Assembly (NCBI GenBank): GCA_964016885.1
Contig: OZ024743.1
Location: forward strand, 337,838,001 to 337,902,000
Direction: 5' to 3'
From: Eledone cirrhosa
Lineage: Eukaryota
DNA: 64,000 nucleotides
The notes under the pieces are model-generated. The model was given only the letters and a program-made list of their open reading frames with translations. It ran no database searches and had not been told where the DNA came from. The position numbers and the translations under genes were made by a program. Position 1 is the stretch's first letter; the number at the start of each line of letters is the position of its first letter. Below, piece by piece: positions 56,398 through 64,000 of this stretch.

Positions 56398-56605
56398 AGA
56401 GGAGGTTTGACAGTATCGGTAGAGGGTCGGACGCCATGCTTTGTAGCACAGAGTTACGGCCCTTTATGGTCTGAGTTCAAATCCTGCCGAGGTTAACTTT
56501 GGCTTTCAGCCTTACCAGGTCGATAAAATAAAGTACCAGTAATACACTGAGATAATTGCCAGCCTTATGCCAAAAGTAGATATAATTATTATTTTCATTA
56601 TTACT
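56398..56605 (+). mobile_element. Second full-length SINE in tandem with the previous copy
   Basis: Colinear with 56145-56350: TGACAGTATCGGTAGAGGGT, CTGAGTTCAAATCC, GTCGATAAAATAAAGTACCAGT and the ATT tail. Confidence 0.87.
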
Positions 56606-56779
56606 AAAAGGTGAGTGAAGATAGCGAAAATGGCGAAAGTGAGTGAGTATACCTCCAATTTACACCTGTATATCGGGCAATGATAGCTGGGAGAAGGCAT
56701 TCGCTGTTGGGGGTCATAGTGTTAGAGATCTGTTAATTATTGTGGATCCTCAATTAACCTTAGGTATTTGGCTTTCTAA

Positions 56780-56935
56780 AAGCGGTGAATTGGCAGAGTA
56801 GTTAGAACGTTTGATATAGTGCTTTCTGGTATTCTTTCTGGCTATCTACTCTCTCAGTTTAAATCACACCGAGGTCAACTTTGTCTTTCATCCTTTCGAG
56901 GTCGATAAAAAAGTACTAGTCAAGTTCTGGAGTCG
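56780..56935 (+). mobile_element. Older SINE copy (divergent subfamily)
   Basis: TTGGCAGAGTAGTTAGA head, CAGTTTAAATC B-box remnant, and CCGAGGTCAACTTTGTCTTTCATCCTTTCGAGGTCGATAAAAAAGTAC core. Confidence 0.78.
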
Positions 56936-57152
56936 TTTCTTCTTCTATATCCCTTTCTCATTTCCATTACCTCACTTTCTCTATCCTTCTCTGGAATAAA
57001 TCTGCTGTGTTCAAACCTGGACGGGGATGGGCTCTGCCAAGTTTTTTAAATGACCTAGAAATGCCCTTACGACTCCCTCGGGAGTAACAGAAGGAAAAAG
57101 AAAAAAAGCATTCAACTTTCTGTCTCAGAAGGACCAAATGACTTATATAATT

Positions 57153-57240
57153 GTGTACTATGTATACTTAACTTGTAGACTATGTATACTATGTATACTT
57201 AATTTTTATACTATGTATACGGCTTCTGTACTATGTATAA
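57153..57240. repeat. Short degenerate repeat of ACTATGTATA(C), about 5 copies
   Basis: The motif is read five times with variable spacers. Confidence 0.75.
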
Positions 57241-57466
57241 TTGTTACCCGTTTTCTAATTTGCATGTAAACCCCCTTCTTTATGTTGTAACTTGTCTTTG
57301 TAATGTCTCCTTCATGATTTGTTATATTACACATAAGTATTTTCCTTACGCAAGATGGAAGATGTTTTATTTACACAAACCGTACAGAACTGGAATAAGT
57401 TAATTTAGGGTACCTACCTCGATCACTTCCGCATCTTTGTTATCACATCTTCAGAATGTCCCTTTT

Positions 57467-57469
<3 letters not shown>

Positions 57470-57504
<35 letters not shown>
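57470..57504. repeat. (TA)n microsatellite
   Basis: Direct reading. Confidence 0.97.
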
Positions 57505-57508
<4 letters not shown>

Positions 57509-57586
57509 AGTATAGAAATTATTGTAGCAAGAAGCCAACAGTATTCCATAATATATAAGTGACTATAGCGTCAAAAGGTTAATTTT

Positions 57587-57589
<3 letters not shown>

Positions 57590-57674
<85 letters not shown>
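57590..57674. repeat. Compound (CA)n(TA)n microsatellite
   Basis: Direct reading. Confidence 0.97.
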
Positions 57675-57677
<3 letters not shown>

Positions 57678-58070
57678 ATAATAATAAATTTGAAGACTAA
57701 AATACAAAGAGGGCTCGATAAGGATAAATATATATCAAATATATAAGAAGCGTAGAGCAAATATTTATTAAAATAACAGATTAAAGTTTAAGCAAAGAAT
57801 CGCTGCTTTCACCCTTAACGGGATATAATGACGTATTATATTCGTTTTTTCCCGTTCTTTGCCAGGGAACGTTTCCACGAACCAAAGTATCGTCTTCCTG
57901 TCTTCCTCCAGTTGCAACGTTTTTTGAAATATTCACTTCTGAGTTTACAGATTGACTTTGTTAGTTTCAGAAGATCCCGTGTGTGTGTATAAAAATTATG
58001 ATCTCTAGCACAGAAATGCTATAAAGATGAAGACCCTTTAAAAGACAAGAAAAGCAGTTGATATCGGCCG

Positions 58071-58124
<54 letters not shown>
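58071..58124. repeat. Compound (AT)n(GT)n microsatellite
   Basis: Direct reading. Confidence 0.97.
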
Positions 58125-58125
<1 letters not shown>

Positions 58126-58631
58126 CTCAACGCTTAAAAAGCCGAAAATTCGGCTTCATACATTGTATATGTATTCATATTTTTCTATCTCACTATTTCA
58201 CCTTATTTTCGAATACGACTGTGGTGTAATGAGTAAGGTATAGATATTTTTATATTGTTTTATTTTATAGAATAAGTATGTTATCACTTAATCTAAAAGG
58301 AAAAAAGAGAAGCATCCGTGCCACCTCTTGGGGCTTTCAGAAACTGGTGGGTAGAATGGAGCATGCGATCTTATGGGAGACGATCTGAATTGAATGCTTG
58401 CCACGGAGCAGGCTTGGCTAAAGTTACCCAATGGCCATGTGGTAGTGTTGAACCAAGACACTGATTAAGTGAACTACACATGAACAGGAACCATCCTACC
58501 CCACGTCACTGATTTCCAAACAGTTGCCGTTTATATTGTGATTTCTTTGCTCACTAATCAATACTACTATGTTTTTTAAACTTGTTTTACAGAAGCTCAA
58601 GTCATTTTGTAAAATATATTTACTTCATTAG

Positions 58632-58790
58632 GAGGCAAATTAGCAAAATCTTTAGAACATCGGATAGAATGTTTTGCGGCATTCTTTCTGACTCTCTGTG
58701 CTCTCTCAGTTCAAATCTCGACGAGGTCAGCTATGCCTTTCGAGGTCGATAAAAAAAGTATCAGTCCAGTACAGTATAATGGGTCAATTC
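58632..58790 (+). mobile_element. Degenerate SINE copy with an internal deletion
   Basis: CTCTCTCAGTTCAAATCTCGACGAGGTCAGCTATGCCTTTCGAGGTCGATAAAAAAAGTATCAGT, most similar to 56780-56935. Confidence 0.75.
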
Positions 58791-58814
58791 TTCCTCTATA
58801 TTTTTCTCATTCCT

Positions 58815-58818
<4 letters not shown>

Positions 58819-58876
<58 letters not shown>
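58819..58876. repeat. (TC)n microsatellite
   Basis: Direct reading. Confidence 0.97.
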
Positions 58877-58877
<1 letters not shown>

Positions 58878-59503
58878 AAGAAAGCAGATGTTTTTAGACA
58901 TGGAGAGGGGATGGGCTCTTCCCTGTTTAAAGTGCCCATGATACATCGTATGTGAGTACGGTACCACTATGACTCCATCAGGATTTAAGGGTACATACAT
59001 ACCTACATGTTTACTTACTCACTTACTAGCTTACTTCATTGAGGTAATACTACGCTAATTTGTCGACGTTGCGAAAATAACGAAGCCATTTCCTCCGCCA
59101 TTTCGGGGGGAATAAAATCTGAACGGCTTGGGGCGATCCCCGTAATTGAGATAAGCTCTGATGTTTATTGTACTGGCAACAGATATTTATAGAGTTTCAA
59201 TTTTTATAATGTATAATTTCTCGTTTGGTGGTGGTGGTGGTGGTGGATGGCTGTAATAAGGGCAGCGATACTACAGATGGAATCTGACAAAAGAACTAAA
59301 TAAAATGATGATGATGACAGCTGGATCACTCGAGTGGAACATTCTTATAACACACGACTAGTTTCTTGGGCGTTCTCAGGTGTTTTCCTTCCTAATTATT
59401 CTATCGATATCATACTGTATTCACTGGTGCCACATCTAATATTCTACATTCTATGTTCATTAAATCAGGTAATTTTTTTTACATCGTATAAAAATGTTTT
59501 GCG

Positions 59504-60034
<531 letters not shown>

Positions 60035-60130
60035 CATTACTCCGGAGTAACCAAACCAACCTGCGCACTTCGTCGAGTGCTCCAGCCTGCATACTGAGGT
60101 GTTGGTATACAACCAACATATACTCAAAAT

Positions 60131-60183
60131 CTCTCTCTATATATATATGTGTGTGAGTGTGGGTGTGTGTGTGTGTGTGTGTA
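60131..60183. repeat. Compound (TC)(TA)(TG) microsatellite
   Basis: Direct reading. Confidence 0.9.
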
Positions 60184-60469
60184 TTTATATATCATCCTTT
60201 AATTTAATTGTCCAAATGTGTGTCAGTCTCTCCTTTGAGTTATTCCCCTTGCCTCTTTTTTATTTGTAAGTATGCAAACTTCCCTTGCCCAAACATATTT
60301 GTTTGTTTGTTTTTCTTCTATCCGAAAACATATGTTTACTGAGCAGCTGGTTCGGTGAAACTGTACTACCCAGATAAAGTCAAATAGAACGACATATATA
60401 TCCCTTCACCTGTAAAGAAATACCAGTTTATCCATTTCTTAAACACACAAATTAGCTCAAGAAATCTGC

Positions 60470-60670
60470 TTTTGATTTGAATTCAGAAAACGCAGAAAGC
60501 CGGGACAAATACTGATGAACATTCTATCCGACGTTCCAATGATTCTGTCAATTCTCCATTACATAGAGCTCATGCAATTCCACCAAGCCTCCAGCTATTA
60601 CTGATGTTTTATTAATCTTATCGAAAGGATGGCATGTAAAGTTGACTTCGACTAGATTTGAGCTCAAACT
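60470..60670 (-). mobile_element. Two degenerate SINE fragments (head ~60470-60557; core ~60590-60670)
   Basis: The reverse complements give GAATTGACAGAATCATTGGAACGTCGGATAGAATG..CTGAATTCAAATC and GAGCTCAAATCTAGTCGAAGTCAACTTTACATGCCATCCTTTCGATAAG. Confidence 0.6.
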
Positions 60671-60994
60671 ACAGAAAACTTGAACAAACATCGACCGTGA
60701 CCTACTTACCACCACCTTTCTCACGCAGTTCATCGTCCACCTTATCCACCACCTCAACCGTCCTCCCTTCTATTTCCTCACCTCCACCAAGAAACAGAAC
60801 CTCTGCTCACCCGTCTCATTCCACCCGCATGTCACCACTGCACCCGGCCAACTCATTTCAGGTGCCCTGCACCATTGACTCTCACCCCCAGGCTTTCCAC
60901 CACTGAAAACCCCGCTTGCTCCACACCCAACCATCCCACCATGCTTCACCAACCATTATTCTCACCACCTCACACACACACCACGAGATAGGGT

Positions 60995-61188
60995 TCTGTG
61001 GATTGGCAGTAACAGAATAAATTTACGGCCCTTTACGCTCTAAGTTCAAATCCTGTCGAGGTTAGTTTTGCCTTTCATGCTTGCGGGGTCGATAAAATAA
61101 AGTACCAGTAACGCACTGGAGTCAATTTAATCGACTTTCTCCTCTCCCCAAATTGTTGGCCTTGTGCCTAAATCAGAAACAATTATAA
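60995..61188 (+). mobile_element. SINE copy retaining the internal GTCAATTTAATCGACT segment, with a deleted head
   Basis: AAGTTCAAATCCTGTCGAGGTTAGTTTTGCCTTTCATGC..GGGGTCGATAAAATAAAGTACCAGT..GGCCTTGTGCC..AGAAACAATTAT. Confidence 0.87.
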
Positions 61189-61740
61189 GAAAAAAGATAT
61201 ATTTACCTATTGGTGAACATTATGTACATCCAAAAGATCCAGTAATGTGCACAATAATGTACGCATGCGTAGAACTAACAAAGTAAATATTTGTACATTA
61301 CAAACATGGTAAAGAGTATAACATTGTTAGTAGAAATAACAGTCACCTCAATCTGTCTAGCAACTCAACATTTAAGGAGTAGTTAATATCATATATATTT
61401 AACATTTGTCAGTAATATACTTTACATCTCGATAAGATTGCTTAAATAAGATTGCATAAATACGAATCTAACTTAGAGAAGCTTATAAATATAAATATAG
61501 AAATATCTTGATCAGCAAGTTCTGGAAGAATGAGCTATCTTAATTAACTAATTAATTAATCGGGATAGTAAATTCTGTTCTTTTGCCCGTGAAACTGCAT
61601 TAATGGGGACATTTGTGTAACTACTAGCTTTAGGTAGCTAAACAAGTAATCTACCTCTGGTGGGAGATGCTTGTGAAGTTTCTTTATTTTAAAGTACTTT
61701 ACTGCGATCTTCCCTTTGATTAATCTGTGTCTTATTTAAG

Positions 61741-61745
<5 letters not shown>

Positions 61746-61819
<74 letters not shown>
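61746..61819. repeat. (TC)n microsatellite
   Basis: Direct reading. Confidence 0.97.
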
Positions 61820-61821
<2 letters not shown>

Positions 61822-62029
61822 GTATAATATAAATACATATATCTATATGCATACATATATATATATATATATTGTCTCTAGCGCGAAAAAATACCTATGA
61901 TTCCTAGCAGACAACTGACGATGGATATTGCCCTCTTTCGTCCGTAACTTTTATTTTCATTATACTTAATTGCAACCACACAGCTCGCCATTTTATTCAT
62001 ATATATATATATATAACGAAGGAAGTGTG

Positions 62030-62169
62030 GTAAGGAACCAGGTGGACCATAATGCACCAGAGTACTCGATACTTAGGGTAGTTGAGTGAGTAATAGGAAA
62101 ATGTTCAAGACCCCGACGGCAGAACTACCCGTCGAAATGGCTTGAGCTCTGCGGTCGGGGTCTTGAATA

Positions 62170-62176
<7 letters not shown>
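62030..62176 (+). mobile_element. Fold-back element copy 1 (29-bp arms at 62095-62123 / 62148-62176)
   Basis: AGGAAAATGTTCAAGACCCCGACGGCAGA pairs with TCTGCGGTCGGGGTCTTGAATATTTTCCT. It is homologous to 63808-63990 in the opposite orientation. Confidence 0.7.

Positions 62177-62262
<86 letters not shown>
62177..62262. repeat. Compound (CT)n(AT)n microsatellite
   Basis: Direct reading. Confidence 0.97.
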
Positions 62263-62975
<713 letters not shown>

Positions 62976-62976
62976 T

Positions 62977-63470
62977 CAGGTCACTCTTGAGTATAACCTG
63001 TCTCATGGTCGGGTCGTCGGCGACTAAAGCGGCAACCCCACCAAGCTAGCTTGGTAAAGTGGGTGATATTTGGACACCCCACGGGATGAAATACAAGACC
63101 CGGCAAAGGGCGGAGGAACTCGGCAGAGTCAACGACCATCCAAATAGTACTTTTTTTCTACCTGGGAGTGAAAGGCCCCCAGTTGTTGTCACAACATCTA
63201 AGAGAGGGAAACTCTGAAAAAAAACCCTGCGGCTTGGGAAGCATCCGATGATGTTGACAAGTTCTCCTTTTCGGGTAGTGTTTTCGATACTCAGAGAGTG
63301 GGATAGGTCGAGTGCAAGGCCTTTCCCCTCTTAAAAAATCTTCAAAGCACAGGCATTGCTTGTTCAGGATCTGTCACAGGTTCCTGTGGCTGACCATAGC
63401 CTAAAAGTGCATAATTTTCTGTAATCTGACAAGCGATTGCAGTACTCTTAGCAGAGTTTGCAGCCATCAT
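62977..63470 (+). mobile_element. GC-richer island between microsatellites, possibly the 5' region of an RTE-clade non-LTR element
   Basis: There is a composition shift. GTCGTCGGCGACTAA and CAACATCTAAGAGAGGGAAACTCTGA..AAACC resemble RTE 5'-UTR motifs as I recall them. No ORF is present. Confidence 0.35.
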
Positions 63471-63482
63471 CTATGTATGTAT

Positions 63483-63486
<4 letters not shown>

Positions 63487-63516
<30 letters not shown>
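63487..63516. repeat. (AT)n microsatellite
   Basis: Direct reading. Confidence 0.95.
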
Positions 63517-63520
<4 letters not shown>

Positions 63521-63605
63521 ATGTATACGGAATAAAGCGATACAAAAGGAACAAACAAAAAGAACAAAGTGAGGGTGTTATATTTAGAAATGTATTGATC
63601 AATCT

Positions 63606-63691
63606 TGGTTACAATTGTTTCATAAACTGTCGGCTCATGATCTGAGTTGATGTTCCAGACCAGATTCTAAATCTGCCTGATCCTCAGACCA
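63606..63691 (-). ncRNA. Candidate degenerate type I hammerhead motif
   Basis: The minus strand reads UGGU-CUGAGGA-[59 nt]-GAAA-CAAUUG-UA-ACCA. It has a 4-bp stem I, intact cores, a palindromic stem III and a GUA site, but stem II closes U.U. Confidence 0.45.
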
Positions 63692-63807
63692 GTGCTATCA
63701 TAACAAAATCCACATCAGATCTGTGAACAAACCAGCCAGTCACAAACAAGTATACAGAATGTCCAATCATGGGCCTAGAATTTTGCCCCTATATATGTAT
63801 TAATAAA

Positions 63808-63990
63808 TATATTCTAAAAAGTCGAGACTCAACTGCTGAGCTCTTGTCGTTTCAACAGCTAGTTCCGGAACTAGCTGTTGAAACGGCAAGAGCTCAGCCG
63901 TCGGGGTCCCGACTCCTTATAATATAGCCATACTCTACTACACCAAGTATTGAGTATTCTGTTGAGTAATGGTCTAACGAGTTCCAAACT
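63808..63990 (-). mobile_element. Fold-back element copy 2 containing a ~119-bp spacerless palindrome (63808-63926)
   Basis: The centre is TTCC|GGAA at 63866/63867. The inner 32-bp arms have one mismatch and the outer arms are more diverged. The flank is homologous to 62030-62090. Confidence 0.75.
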
Positions 63991-64000
63991 GGTTTAATTC

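Noticed and set aside
55638-56700. Short ORFs 55638-55841, 55893-56117 and 56512-56700
   Set aside because: They overlap SINEs or are of chance length, with no homology I can recognise.
58400-58500. Possible fragment of another SINE family
   Set aside because: It is too degenerate and has no second copy in the window to support it.
60338-60371. CTGAGCA-GCTGGTTCGGT-GAAACTGTA hammerhead-like string
   Set aside because: The essential G8 is replaced by C and there is no stem I pairing.
61410-61421. CAGTAATATACT match to the satellite (also TACCTCCTCA near 55849)
   Set aside because: These are only 10-12-bp matches with non-matching flanks, compatible with chance.

Overview
Eukaryotic, non-coding window with no credible protein-coding gene. 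Positions 1-~54544 are one head-to-tail array of a 58-bp satellite (940 full monomers by phase counting; it continues past the window start). Recurring point variants reveal nested higher-order repeats (146-, 106-, 64-, 51-, 35- and 7-mers among others) in two distinct variant domains, plus a degenerate edge. The remaining ~9.5 kb is AT-rich and holds many microsatellites, about 8 copies or fragments of a tRNA-derived SINE, and several fold-back elements. The SINE core resembles octopus/coleoid SINEs as I recall them; this is unverified. The most notable signal is a complete minimal type I hammerhead ribozyme on the minus strand at 59761-59815, inside a 102-bp inverted repeat with Penelope-like architecture. 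Two degenerate hammerhead-like relics lie nearby, and the satellite monomer itself has a weaker hammerhead-core-like layout.
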